DNA of 64,000 nucleotides, taken from the human T2T-CHM13v2.0 reference genome, Homo sapiens. Where the stretch lies: assembly GCF_009914755.1 (NCBI RefSeq), contig NC_060934.1, one strand, 5' to 3'. The notes under the pieces were generated by a model that worked only from the letters and a program-made list of their open reading frames with translations, had not been told where the DNA came from and searched no databases. Positions 30,704 to 46,063 of this stretch are shown here, one piece after another; within the stretch, counting starts at the first letter, position 1, and each line of letters opens with the position of its first letter. A program made the position numbers and the translations under genes.

Positions 30704-31106
30704 TTTGATTCACCAGGTTGGAAACACTTTGTGTAGAATCTACGAAGGGACATTTCTGAGCCTACTGAGGCCCATAAGGAAAAATCAAATATTCTGTGAT
30801 AAAAATGAGAAATAAGCGATCTTTGAAAATGCTTTTTGAGGATTCACCTCACAGAATGGAACCTGTGTTTTGATTCACCGGGTTGGAAACACTCTTTTTG
30901 TAGAATCTACAAAGGGACGTTTCTGAGCCCATTGAGGCCTATAAGAAAAACATCTAATATCCCGTGATAAAAACTAGAAACAAGCTATCTGAAAATGCTT
31001 TGTGATGTGTGGATTCATCTCACAGAAAGGAACCTGTGTTTTGATTCACCAGGTTGGAAACACTCTTTTTGTAGAATCTACGAAGGGACAGTTCTGAGCC
31101 CACTGA
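30704..31106. repeat. Alpha satellite (alphoid) fragment, ~2.4 monomers
   Basis: tttgattcacc.ggttggaaacac recurs at 30704, 30869 and 31040 (periods 165 and 171 bp); alphoid motifs aaacactctttttgtagaatct and ctttgtgatgtgtg.attca.ctcacaga. Confidence 0.9.
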
Positions 31107-31773
31107 AGCAGGAGTCAAGAGACAGACCAGAAATGCCCAAGATAATGGTGGAGAGGAAGGCTAGGGCTGAATCAGAAAGGGCCATGTATGGCATACTGAG
31201 GAGTTTGGATTTCATCCGTAAGGAGGAGGAATCTATTGAATGATTTACACAGGGGGTTGAGATGATCACATTCATGTGGCATATCTGGTCCCAATGGTGA
31301 CTATCAATTAGATGGGACACAGAGACTGGGTTAATTTGCAGTAACCAGGCAAGTGGGATATGAAAGAGATATTTGGGAGAATGAATCAACAGGACATTGC
31401 TTGCAGGAAGTAACTTGACCTGACCCTAGATTAGCAGCAGGTACTTTTTCAGCCTCTGTAGAAACAGAATAGAATGATACTCCCTTTCATAGGGCACACT
31501 GAATTATTCACATTTCTAAGCCCTCACACCTTCACCTCCAGACTGCACTCTAGACATTGATCTATGAAAAGATCCAAAATTCTCTCTACTGCAGACACTC
31601 TCTGTGGTGTGGAGCCAGCTCTTTATCAGCCTACATTTCAACTCTTACCATCTAAAAATAGAAAATGCTAATTCATACCTGGATACAATATCCTGGCTTC
31701 AGAAACTGAGACAGTAAAAACTTTTCCTAAGTAAATTAGGAAAAAGAAATTATAGAGTCGGTGCTAGAATCTA

Positions 31774-32063
<290 letters not shown>

Positions 32064-32546
32064 TTAATTTAAATAAAATAATTATCCTCAAGTATATAGA
32101 GACCTTTATGCAGAAAAGGTTTTTTGAACTCCTACCCTGACTGAAAACAAAATTACAAAAAAAAAAAACTTAAGCCAAACCAAGTGGTCCTATAAGGAAT
32201 AATTCCTGATATGGAAAATTATTTAACAGTGGAATGGATAATCCAAGCCAGTTGGGCAATTCCTTCTCCAGCCTTAAATGATAGATTTTTATTTTTCTGG
32301 GAAGACTTTGGTGTAGTCTTTTACCTTCAGGAGTGGTGCCAGCAGCTCGCGGGCAGGACAGCAAGAACTTGAGTGAAGGAGTGCCCAGAATCTTTCCTTC
32401 ACCATTTCTTGCTCAGCCACAGTGTTCCATAAAGAATATTCAGTGAGCTCTGATGATCTCTTCGAGTCAAGGGGTTCTGGCTATATCTCGGTGTGAAAAC
32501 AGGAACAAACCTCCCTGTGCACTGTACGTGCCATTGAGACACCTAC

Positions 32547-32712
32547 CTTCCACTTTGGAGACAAAGCCCAGACTCCGCTTAAGGTCAGAGCAGATCGAGT
32601 GGAGACACCATCGGAATTTTGCATCACAGCGATATTTGTTGGCACCGCAAGTGTCATAACAGACATCCAGCTGGTTGCAGCACTTTGTCATTGCTGGAAT
32701 GCCCAAGTCCAT
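32547..32712 (-). CDS. PLA2G12B: PLA2G12B exon 3 ([23 protein letters not shown]...FVSKVE)
   Basis: long pyrimidine tract then cag|ATG, G|gtaggt donor; 166 bp; sPLA2 CCxx(H>L)DxC motif. Confidence 0.96.
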
Positions 32713-33379
32713 CTGGGGAAAAGTGAAGGAAGGGAAAAGAAGGGGAAGAAATGCCACGTTTAGACTAAGGACCTTAGGCAACCTTGCCCACCTTGTTATT
32801 AACTAGCTGGTTCTCACATTTCTGTTGCATATCCCGATCAATTCAGAAACACCAATGACTCAGTAGAATACCAACAGTCACAGGATTACAAGTGTTCATT
32901 GTTACTTAGTTATTAGTTCAGTAAGTGATTCTGGCCATTTTTCACCTTTTGTTTTTTCAGATGTTAGTAATTTTAAAATTCAGAGGCAGCTTACAGTAAT
33001 GAAAATAGAGACCAGAAGGGTAGTCAAGAGAGCAGAACCATAGGGCTTCTAAATTTAATTAACACTTAACAGTCCCATATGAGATTTTGTGTGAGCAAAG
33101 GATTCTACGGCTAAGAAGTATAAAAAAAAATTCAGCCTCCGTTCATCAAAAGATCACCAGCATCCCAGACAGCACTATTTTAAGGGTGTGCGTGTGTGTG
33201 TGTGTGTGTGGGTGTGTGTGTTGGAAAGTAGAGTGGGTATAGAACACACAGCTCCTGATCACAAGAGGACTGTGGTCAAACCACAACATCTCACACACAC
33301 CCATCATTACTAAGCATCCTATAAACAACTGTAAATGTAGTGGCATAAACTGTGTCACTAAGTTCATAAAATGCCACGT

Positions 33380-33525
33380 GTCTGGGTACGGTGGCTCACG
33401 ACTGTAATCCCAGCACTTTGGGAGGCCAAGGTGGGTGGATCACTTGAGGTCAGGAGTTCGAGACCACTCTGGCCAACATGGTGAAACCCCATTTCTACTA
33501 AAAATACAAAAATTAGCAGGGCGTC

Positions 33526-33565
<40 letters not shown>
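33380..33565 (+). mobile_element. Alu left arm running into a (TG)n microsatellite
   Basis: Left monomer, then ~19 TG units. Confidence 0.85.
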
Positions 33566-33569
<4 letters not shown>

Positions 33570-34029
33570 ATTTCTATGATGTCAGCTCTCCAAACATAGC
33601 CAATTTGGCACTACTAACATGAAGTCAGCTGCTTGCAAAAGTCATGACAATATGTAACAATCAGCTCTCACTGGCCAGCACCAGCTGGCTCTAGCACATC
33701 ACTGGAATGGTTCACTAATTTCAATAAGTCAAACCTGTCAGATCTATCTCAAATTAAGTTATGTCATGATGCCCTAAGCCTCAGCTGACATTTTCAGTGG
33801 TGATTTCAAAGTTCTGATCCACTACCAAGGGCTTATCTGAGGGACAGCTGTCCCTGAGAAAAGGAAATCAGATATCTTCTTTAAAAATTCTCTCCCTCAT
33901 ATCCAATTTAAAATACTTAATTGTATTCTTCAACTTTTTTCCAGAAATAATCACTTCCATCAAGGATAACTCTAGGATTGCTCTCAGTCAAAACCAACCA
34001 ACCAAGAAGGTAATGCTGGCAGTACATAC

Positions 34030-34118
34030 ACTTTCTGGTACCTTGAGACCCAGGAAATAGGAGCCGCAGCCATTGGGCTCTTGGGGCTTGTAGCCAGGTC
34101 TGGGCATTGGTGCCTTTC
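34030..34118 (-). CDS. PLA2G12B: PLA2G12B exon 2 ([30 protein letters not shown])
   Basis: aag|GA acceptor, AGT|gtatgt donor; 89 bp, phase 1 to 0; group XII NGCG loop. Confidence 0.94.
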
Positions 34119-34193
34119 CTTGCAGGAGGAAGAAAGGAAAGAAGCAAGAAGAAATATTTAGAAATCAAGCATTTGGGAACATTCATCAAATGA

Positions 34194-34640
<447 letters not shown>

Positions 34641-35327
34641 ATAAGCACTTATTTACTGACATTTCTAATGTTTTTTAAGTGCATAACATTGAAGATAAGG
34701 GCCATGGCAAAACCCAACTAAAACTCAAGGTTCCTCATTCCTTCACTGCAAGACCACACACCACTCAAAGAACAAGCAGAACACAACTTGATCGTACACT
34801 TAAGGAATCCGAATTGTAGCAGCACCACAAAAGGGTTTAACTTGCAGGAAATTCAAGCAAGATTCCATAAACGTAGACAGAGTATTATTGAGTAAAGAGC
34901 AAAGAAATTACCCTGATGTGATATCTTAGGCATTTCTTTCATAGAACTAAGCAGAAATGATCTGAACAGCTTTGAATTTCTGTTTTTTAAGATCTTTCAA
35001 ATGTGTAGAGAGAAGCTTTATCAGTTGTATCAATGGCAGTGCTCACAGGTAAAGATAACCTTGACCTGAGATGACCTCAGGACAGCCATCTGCAGTGGGT
35101 ATTTTATCCCATTATCCAGATAAGAAACTCGGGCTAAGAGGTCGCATGACTTGCCTACCATCATAGAGAAAGTGGGGGAAATAGGATATAAAGTCAGATT
35201 TCCTGTTTGTCTCCAAAGCCTATGCTCCTTCACCACATATCTGCCTCTTTTTAGGAGATACAAGACCCTAGTGTAAGACTGGGGAAATGTGCTAAGAATA
35301 ATTAATCCTTAGAGTAAGGCATATGAC

Positions 35328-35500
35328 AGTTTCTTTCTTTCTTTTCTTTCTTTCTTTTTCTTTCTTCCTTTCTTTCTTTTTCTTTCTTCCTTCCTTCCTT
35401 TCTTCCTTTCTTCCTTCCTTCCCACCTTCTTTCCTTCCTTCCTCCTTTTCTTCTTCTGCTTTTCTTCTTTCTTTCTTTCTCCTTCCTTCCTTCTTCTCCT
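35328..35500. repeat. (CTTT/CCTT)n pyrimidine low-complexity tract
   Basis: Directly visible. Confidence 0.9.
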
Positions 35501-36515
35501 ACCAGGTATTTATTTTTAATTATTTTATATCATGAAATATTTCAAAACTGTTGAAAAGTCAGAGAAACAAACAGCCATGTACCAAATGCACAAACATAAT
35601 AAATGTTAACATTTGCCAAACTTGCTATAAATTTTTTTTAATTAAATGTGACAGTTCAAGTACAGGTTCAGGTGCAGTTGAAGCCTCTTTGCACTCATCA
35701 TTCTGTTTTAATTTTTAGATACTAAGTTTATGTTTTAAAGCCCTCACTTCGTATCATTCTGCAAAATTGTCTTGATTATTCTTGGACCTTTACTCTCACA
35801 AAGAATTTTGCAATTTTTTTGAATTTGTAGAATCAACTTAGTAAATTCTACAAGAAAAATGGCCAAGAATTTGATTGAAAAATCCATTGAATGTATAGAT
35901 TTGGAGACAACTGCCTTTCTTAGGATACTCAGTCTTCCCAAATATGGACACGGTATAGTTCTCTATTTACTTAGGTCTTTCTGTATGTCATTCAACAGAG
36001 CACTGCAATTTTCTCCATATTGTATATTATACTTTCTATATACCTATATTATTCAGATCCTTAAACAAGATAGAATATCTCATAAAAATCCAGAGCTAAG
36101 ACTCATGCCTCTGGTATAGTAAATCTGCACTTTCCTGGAACCCAGGCTGCTTCTAGCTTTCTGCTCTACCAGCCCTGGAGTGTAGCCCTGGCTCTCATGG
36201 TCTAAGATGGCATTTCAGCCAACACATCCATATTACCTGTAGCAGGATGGCAGGAGTTGGAAGGGTCCAGCCCCTCTCTTCAGTAAACACACTCCAGAAT
36301 GTTATACACGTCACTTCCTCATACTTCCCTCTGGCCAGACCTTAATCAAATGGCAAAATCTGGTTGCCAAGGTGGGCTAGGAAATGAAGTGGGCAGCCAT
36401 GAGCCCAGCTAAAACGTGGAAGGAGGGGCTTTATACTGTAGAAAAGGGGAAGAATGGATATTAGGGGACACTAAGCAGTTTCTGCCACAGTTTGGGTATT
36501 TGTTGCTGTGATACA

Positions 36516-37010
36516 TGTGGTTATAAGATTGTGGTCCAAGATGACTTCCAATGATCCCCACCTCCTGGTATTCACCTCCTTGTATATAGTCCCAGGAGTG
36601 GTCTGTGTGACCCAGAGAATACTGCAGAAGTGGAGGTGTGTTCCTCCTAAGATTAAGCTATAAAAGACCATGATTTCTGTCTTGGGCTCTCTTACTCTCC
36701 CTCTCTCTCACCGTTCACTCTAGGGGAAGTTATGTCATGAACAGTCCCATAGAAAGACCCATGCGGCAAAGAACTAAAACCTCCTGCCAATAGCCACATG
36801 AATTTAACAAGAGATCCTCCAGCCCCAGCTGAATCTCCAGAGATGGCAGCATCAGCTGGGCAGCATGACCTCAACTTTATGAGAAACTGAGCCAGAATCG
36901 CCCAGCAAAGCCACTCCAGGATCCCTGACCCTCAGCAAGTGTGTGATATAATCTTTGCTATTGTAAGCTGCTGAGTTTCGAGGTACCTTTTTGCTCAATA
37001 ATATATAACT
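36516..37010 (+). mobile_element. MLT1 (MaLR) solo LTR
   Basis: aagatgacttccaatgatccccacctcctggtattcac and taagctgctgagttt motifs. Confidence 0.7.
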
Positions 37011-37031
37011 GTTGCAGTTGCCATTATGATG

Positions 37032-38280
<1,249 letters not shown>

Positions 38281-38300
38281 ATTTATTTGTTTTCATCTTC

Positions 38301-38917
38301 TTTTTTTTTTTTAAGAGATGGGGTCTCACTCTGTCACCCAGGTTGGAGTGCAGTGCAGTGGCACAATCATAGCTCACTGCAGCTTCAAACTCCCAGGTTC
38401 AAGTGATCCTCCTATCTCAGCTGTCCAACTAGCTATGACTGCAGGTGCATGCCATCATGCATGGCTAACTTGTAAATTTTTTGATAGAGATGGGGTCTTG
38501 CTATGTTGCCCAGGCTGGTCTTAAACTCCTAGGCTCAAGCAGCTCTCCAACCTCAGCTTAATGAGCTGCTAGAATTACAGGCATGAGCCACTGTGCCCTG
38601 CTTCTTTTCATTTTCTTATTTTATTTTATTTTTTGAGACAGGGTCTCTCACTCTGTCACCCAGGCAGGAATGCAGTGTTGTGATCTTGGCACACTGTAGC
38701 CTCGATCTCCAGGCCCAAGCAAGCCTCCCACCTCAGCCTCCCTAGTAGCTGGGACTACAAGTGCTGTCACTGCACCTGACTAATTTTTGTATTTTTTTGT
38801 GGAGATGGGGTTTGGCTATGTTGCCCAAGCTAGTCTTGAATTCCCAGACTGAAGCTATCCATCCATCTCGGCCTCCCAAAGGGCTGAGATTATAGGCATG
38901 AGCCACAGCACCCAGCC
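38301..38917 (-). mobile_element. Two tandem AluJ copies
   Basis: Diverged consensus twice. Confidence 0.85.
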
Positions 38918-39080
38918 TTCTTTTTCTTATTGAGGTGAAATTCAGATAACATAAAATTAACCACCTTAAAGTATGCAATTAAATACATTCACAATGTTGT
39001 ACAACCATCACTTTTATCTAGCTCAAAAACATTTTCATCACCCCCAAGGTAGACCTTGTGCCCATTCAGCAGTCATTCCC

Positions 39081-39310
39081 TGTCTCAGGCAGTTTGGATG
39101 CTATAACAAAAATAACATAGACTGGATGGCTTACACGGCAGAAATTTATTCCTCACGGTGCTGAAGGCTGGGAATTCCAAGATCAGGGTGCCAGTGCATT
39201 CTGTGTCTGGTGAGGGCCTTCTTCCTGGCTTGCAGACGGCCTTGTCTTCTCTTCTTTCTCTTTCTCTTCTTACGAGGACACTAGTCTCATCATGGTAGCC
39301 CCACACTCAA
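39081..39310 (-). mobile_element. MLT1A/MST-type LTR fragment
   Basis: gctataacaaaa...agaaatttatt.ctcac...ggctgggaa.tccaagatca motif. Confidence 0.7.
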
Positions 39311-39319
39311 GATAGCGTT

Positions 39320-39553
39320 TCAGCTCACTACAACCTCCGCCTCCTGTGTTCAAGCCATTCTCCTGCCTCAGCCTCCTGAGTAGCTGGTATTACAGGCGCC
39401 TGCCACCACGCCCGGCTAATTTTTTGTGTTTTTAGTAGAGACGGGGTTTCACCATGTTGTTCAGGCTGGTCTCAAACGCCTGACCTCAAGTGAGCTGCCC
39501 TCCTTGGCCTCCCAAAGTGCTGGGGTTACAGGTGTGAGCCACCTTGCCCAGCC
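39320..39553 (-). mobile_element. Alu (S) lacking its 3' end
   Basis: Consensus. Confidence 0.85.
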
Positions 39554-40489
39554 AGAGAGTGAAACATCTTTTTAATAATTTTGCTGAAAAGGGCATTTGC
39601 CACAGACTTGGCTTGGTTTCTTGGGTTACCCTCTGCCTTTTTGCCCTTGATAACTCACAGAAGATAAAACTCTGCTATTCTAGTTTGAAAGATACCGGAA
39701 TGGAATTCCTATCCGGCCTGCAGCTGATGATGGTTATTTTTATTTTATTTAATGTTTTATGTTAACTGCAGAAATTCTATTTAGAAACGAAGCTGAAAAT
39801 ATAAGTTCTAAGACAAAAGGTAATGGTTTCAGTCTAGGCAGAAACAGAAATCATTCAAGGATACCATATCCTCAAATTATTGTTTCAGTAGCTTATGGTT
39901 GATGTTTTAAGTCTAGGCATTAATAATGTATCATATCCACACATGTTTTATTTTCTGGCTGGAGCTGTTTATAGGAGTGAGAGGCCGACAACTTGATCCT
40001 GTTCAAATTCAAATTTTAGTGTTCATAAAAAAAGTTTTATTGGAACACAGCCACACTATTATGATTTAGCTATGGCTGCTGTCACAGAAAAAACAGCAGA
40101 ATACTGTTCTAATCTTGATGTGAGGATGATTTTCTAATCAAGACATAAAATTCAGAAGCCATAAAGAAAGAGACTGACAGATTTGATCTTATAAAACTTA
40201 AAAGCTTCTGAATAAAGTGAAATACCATAAAAGTCTTAAAAGACCAACTGGAGGGAGATCGAGAAGTGTTAGCCAAGAATCCCAAGAGCTCTACCTGCCA
40301 GCGGTAGACACTGCCTCCCGGGCCCGCCCTTTTATCTCTCTGTCACTGGAAACAGCAGTAAAAACTTTCAGGGCTTTGTGTCCCAGGGCAAGAGTTTTGC
40401 CTTCCCGGGAGGGTGCGTCCATCCTCTCCACCCAGCTGGTTCCCCCAAAGGTGCTAGGAGGGAGTGAGTATGCTTTATTAAAAGGTACA

Positions 40490-40586
40490 TCTGCAGCAAA
40501 CCACTGTGGCACACATTTACCTGTGTAACCAAATTGCATATCCTGCACATGTACCCCAGAACTTAAAAATCAACATTAAAAAAAGG
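40490..40586 (+). mobile_element. Short L1PA 3' terminus
   Basis: gcaaaccac...ctgcacatgtaccccagaacttaaaa plus A-rich tail. Confidence 0.75.
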
Positions 40587-41073
40587 ATTAACATTTATAT
40601 TTCCAAAAGAAATTCACGGGAGTGCTTTTTTCCTATCTCGGACAGCAATAGTTCCTATCACTCTTCTTTTAAATTTTGCCACTCTGTTGGCTAAAAGTGG
40701 TATCTCATTGTTACTTTAATTTGTAAGCCCCTGATCAATACTGAATTCGACCATATTATTTGTATGCAAACCATTTAGTTTTTCTTTTCTGTTAATTGCC
40801 TATTTCCATTCTTTGCTCATTTTTCTTTTAGATCTTTTGCCTATTTCTTCACAGTTTGTAAGAACCTTTTTGTAGTATACATATTATGTCTTTGTCATTT
40901 GTTTTACAATTTTCCACTCAATGATATGATTTTTCTATTAATATTATATTGTTACAAAGAACAGATAATGATAACGAATGAATAATAAGAGTATTTACTA
41001 AACTATTATAGGCATGGCTTCATCAACAACCCCAACTAGCTGTCTCAAACATGAGAAAATAAAATAATTTCCA

Positions 41074-41503
<430 letters not shown>

Positions 41504-41534
41504 TCACTAAAACAGATTAAGTTACTGCATAAAG

Positions 41535-41658
41535 TAGGGTGAGCAACTTGTCCTGGTTTGCCTGGTACCCGTCCCGGTGTTAGTACTGAAAGTCTCACAT
41601 CCCAGGAGCATCTCCCCTCCTCCTTGAGTCCCCAGCAGACTAGGAGGTCAGTTGCCCA
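41535..41658 (+). mobile_element. MER94-like hAT element
   Basis: tagggtga.caac..gtcctggtttgcctgg.ac terminus. Confidence 0.6.
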
Positions 41659-41814
41659 AAAACAAGAATAATCTGTTTGCCTCTAAGCCAGTGGCTGTTT
41701 TCTTTTTTTGGGCTCTGGATTCCCTGGAGAATCTGATGAAGTCTTTGAGTTATTTCCCTGGAAAAAGATACAAACTCACAGGTTTATAAAATTTTGCTGT
41801 AAAACTTCAGATAA

Positions 41815-42134
<320 letters not shown>

Positions 42135-42710
42135 ATAGACAGATATTTAAAGAAACTTTTAAGATACTCTTGGAACTAAATCCAGGAAGAAATTCATTTT
42201 CAGGATCTTTTATTAAAGTGTGAAAGCGTGAACAGTATCATTATAGAAACTACTCCATTGACCCAACTCCAGAGACCTTCATGAGGCAGATAACTCTTCA
42301 GTCGTTGTTCCCTCGAGGGACTTCTTCCGGAAGCTGAGAGGCTGTTGTCCAGCCACTGGGATTTCTGGGATTTTTCATTTTTACGTTGAAAGAGAGCTAG
42401 AAGAATCTGAATGCAATTAACCTGTTCACTAGACTGTCTTTCTCATAACGTTTATAAAATTTGTTTGGTACCTACCATGCTTTATATATACCACTGATTC
42501 TTTATGTATATTATCTTTAATTCTCACAACACCTTTGCAAGGTGGGTATTAGTAACATTATTTTTACATATTTGAGGAAACTAAGGTTGAGAGAGTCAGA
42601 TAACTCACCCAAGGTCACCAGCAATGGGATATTTTCTCCTAAATTCAAACCCATGATTTTTCCATTACTATGCTTATTTCTCAAAGTCTGGTTCAAAGAC
42701 TACCCATTAA

Positions 42711-43134
<424 letters not shown>

Positions 43135-43589
43135 CTGGTAGAGACTCCTTAATAACAGTTGTGCTAGGTATGCCATTGACACACGCTGGATCTTGTCATA
43201 TTTATAGCCCAGTTGTTTGACAAGTACAGATTTTGTGTGTTGGCATGAGAACAAATTACTTTAGATATGAGAAGCACGGAAAACAATGTTGACATGCTAT
43301 CATGGGCTACCAGGATACATACACAGTTTTATCTGCCTGCATAATTTAACCTGTGGGCTGAAGTTCTCTAAGAATGACGTCATAGAATGGCACCCCTTTA
43401 CCTTGGCTGTGCTTTGCAATCACCTGGGAAAAATGTTAAAATACTGATGTCTGGGGCCAACCCACAGAAATTTTGATTTAATTGATTTGGTGCCAGGTGT
43501 TGTTAAAGCCCCTCAGGTGATCTGAAGTGTACCCAAGTTAGAAACCCACTGTTTTAAATAGTAGTTAGTACCTATCAAAGGTAAAATCT

Positions 43590-43798
43590 GGCTGGTGCCG
43601 TGGCTCACGCCTATAATCCCAGCAATCTGGGAGGCCAAGTTGGGAGGATTGCTTGAGCCCTGGAGTTGGAGACCAGCCTGGGCAAGATGGTGAGACTCCC
43701 TGCTCTACAAAAAGTTACAAAATTATCTGGGCATGGTGGCGCACACCTGTAGCCCAAGCTAACTGGGAGGCTGAGGCAGGAGGATCTCCTAAGCCCAG
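43590..43798 (+). mobile_element. Alu (J), 3'-truncated
   Basis: Consensus. Confidence 0.85.
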
Positions 43799-45557
43799 AA
43801 TCTCCTACTAATCAGAAACACCTGGGGTGGGGCCCAGAGATCTGGTTGAATCTGCCCTCCAGGGGCTTCAATTCACAGGTGAGTTTGAGAACCACTACTT
43901 AAAAGACGAGCACGGTGCATGAGAGATGTGTCACAAAGCAAACTACAAAAGAGCAGACTCGTTGTTAGGTGTTGTCTGTTCAAAAGATTGCTCGATTCAC
44001 AATCAGTTTGAGAAGGTATTTTGTACTCTTTTGGGCACAGCCGCCAGGTTTTTGGCTCTACTGGGTTCCAAGGTAAGGAGGCATAACCGCCTATTTTTCT
44101 AAGTGTTTTTCAGGCCCCTCTTTGAGCAGGTTGTTTTACACAAAGTGAGAAGAGTTATTTGCCTTTCTCTTCTATTTACTCTTCCCATCCCCCACCAGTT
44201 GCTGCTGGCTTCCACCCTGCCCAGCCAGAGGCTCCGCAACTAAAATTTGCTTAAGTCTTTTAATGCTGTTTTGCTAGAGAAGGAAGAATAGGATTTGGTT
44301 CTTGATTTCCTAATAAAAATTCCTGCTGTTGCCTATTTGCTGAACTACAGATACTAGTCCTGTGTTGCCTTTAGGAAGGAAAACACCTGTGTTGATTCCA
44401 ATGTCTGAAGTGAGTCAACCCCTTCCCTGTCCCATCCGTGCAAACAGTGTGAGCATAATCCAGTGGCAAGGCCTCTGCGTTGGTCCAACTGCCTTGGACA
44501 AATACATGGTTTTAGGGCCAGGTGGGTCCTAACAGACCAGGCATTTTTCTCTGTGAAACTTTCACAAAGAAGCTGCAGCATAGATGGTTAAAACATAGAT
44601 GGTTAAAACATAGATTTTAACCATAGATTGTTAAAACATCTATGCTGCAAAACTTTGGGTCCTGATGCAATGATTAACCATTACCTCCTAGTCACTCTTA
44701 GTGTATAAGGAAGCGATTTTCCCCACTCAAAAAGGAATAGAGAGACTTAAGGGTGAGTCCGGGAAGTATGTAGTTTTTTTGTGCATCTCTTCAAAGCTGA
44801 CTTTTTCTCTGTTGAGTATTTGGAGAAAATATTTCTCAAATGTGTTTTCCTGTTAGGCTAAATTGACTCACCATTTTCATTTCTAATCCCTTGATGAGAT
44901 AGTTGATAAATTAAACCATAAAACTAATGCTACCTGAGACCTGAGACTGTGCATGCTTTGGAAAACGTTTTCATGCGCATTGGCAATTACACGATGCCAC
45001 CCAGCTTCAAGGCCTGGGGCTCCACATTTTGCTCCCCTTACATTAACTTCCAGGGCCCCTGGGACCAGGGGCTCTGTGCCGGCAGCCAGGTGTGCACCTT
45101 ATATCTGTGTACCCCCAGCCATATTCAGGCAAGGTAGGGGAAGTGCTCCTGCCAGCTCACAAATCTGCATCTGGCGCCAAGTCCAGGGGACAGCCCCGGG
45201 ATCCCTGGTGAGCCACGAACCCTTCCTCTCCACAGCATGCCTGTCGTTGCCGAGGCTGCAGGCAGGGACAGCTCCCTTGAGAAAGTCCAGCAAATTGATG
45301 CCAGTCAGGGACTGAGAGCTGGGAGGACGGTGTGAACTGCAGCAGGGGGAAGGGAGAATTTGTTTCCAAGCTGAGCACAGAGCAGCTGAGGAGGTGGTTT
45401 TGCCCCATGGCAGATTTTTCTCTGAATGTTCGGCTTCAGTTTTCATCCCTGGGAACTCCTCACAGAGGCCTCTCATACCCACCCTCCTTCTTCCCACCCC
45501 AGGTACCCTTTTTTCCTAAGAACTGCCTCACAACAAACTCATTAAAATGGCCCAGGG

Positions 45558-45750
45558 AAGGTTTCCCAGATACAATACAGGAAGCTCAGTGAAATGTGAG
45601 TTTGAGATAAACAACGAAGAATTTGTCAGGATAAGTATGTCCCAGATATTTCACTGGACATACTTATACTAATGACTTATTTGTTGTTTATTTGGATTTC
45701 ACATTTCACTGGGTGTCCTACATTTTTATCTGCTAAATCTGGCAGCTCTA
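45558..45750. mobile_element. MER53 palindromic hAT MITE
   Basis: Central ataagtatgtcc...ggacatacttat inverted repeat; end gctaaatctggcagctcta matches MER53. Confidence 0.85.
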
Positions 45751-45852
45751 AGTGGATAACAGGAAAAAGTGCAAGACAGATCGTGACCTCTCTGGGGCTG
45801 TCCATGGGTCCACCAGCAACAGTTTTTACAGAAAGAGAAACCGCACACTCAC

Positions 45853-46063
45853 CATATCGGCACCTGTACTGACAGACTCCATTCTTCCCTCCCAGCAGCT
45901 CCAGAAAAGAATCGAAGTAGCTATTGACGGATTCAAAGCTTCCCCGGAGGTGCCGAAGGCCCCAGTCTGAATAGGACTCCTCCGTGTCAGGGCTCGTGTC
46001 GCTCTGAGCCAGGCCACCCCCAAGGCTGAGCCACAAAACCAAGAAGCCACTGGCCAGCTTCAT
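45853..46063 (-). CDS. PLA2G12B: PLA2G12B coding exon 1 (signal peptide [19 protein letters not shown]...CQYRCRYG)
   Basis: ATG at 46063, hydrophobic leader, G|gtgagt donor; 211 bp. Confidence 0.96.

Noticed and set aside
30704-31106. CRISPR-like or coding interpretation of the periodic repeat
   Set aside because: Whole ~171-bp units repeat with no unique spacers; eukaryotic alphoid DNA.
40296-40312. CTCF-like motif tgccagcggtagacact
   Set aside because: Several mismatches in the core positions.
45677-45852. 128-aa PLA2G12B ORF extension
   Set aside because: Read-through past a consensus G|gtgagt donor into intron 1/MER53.
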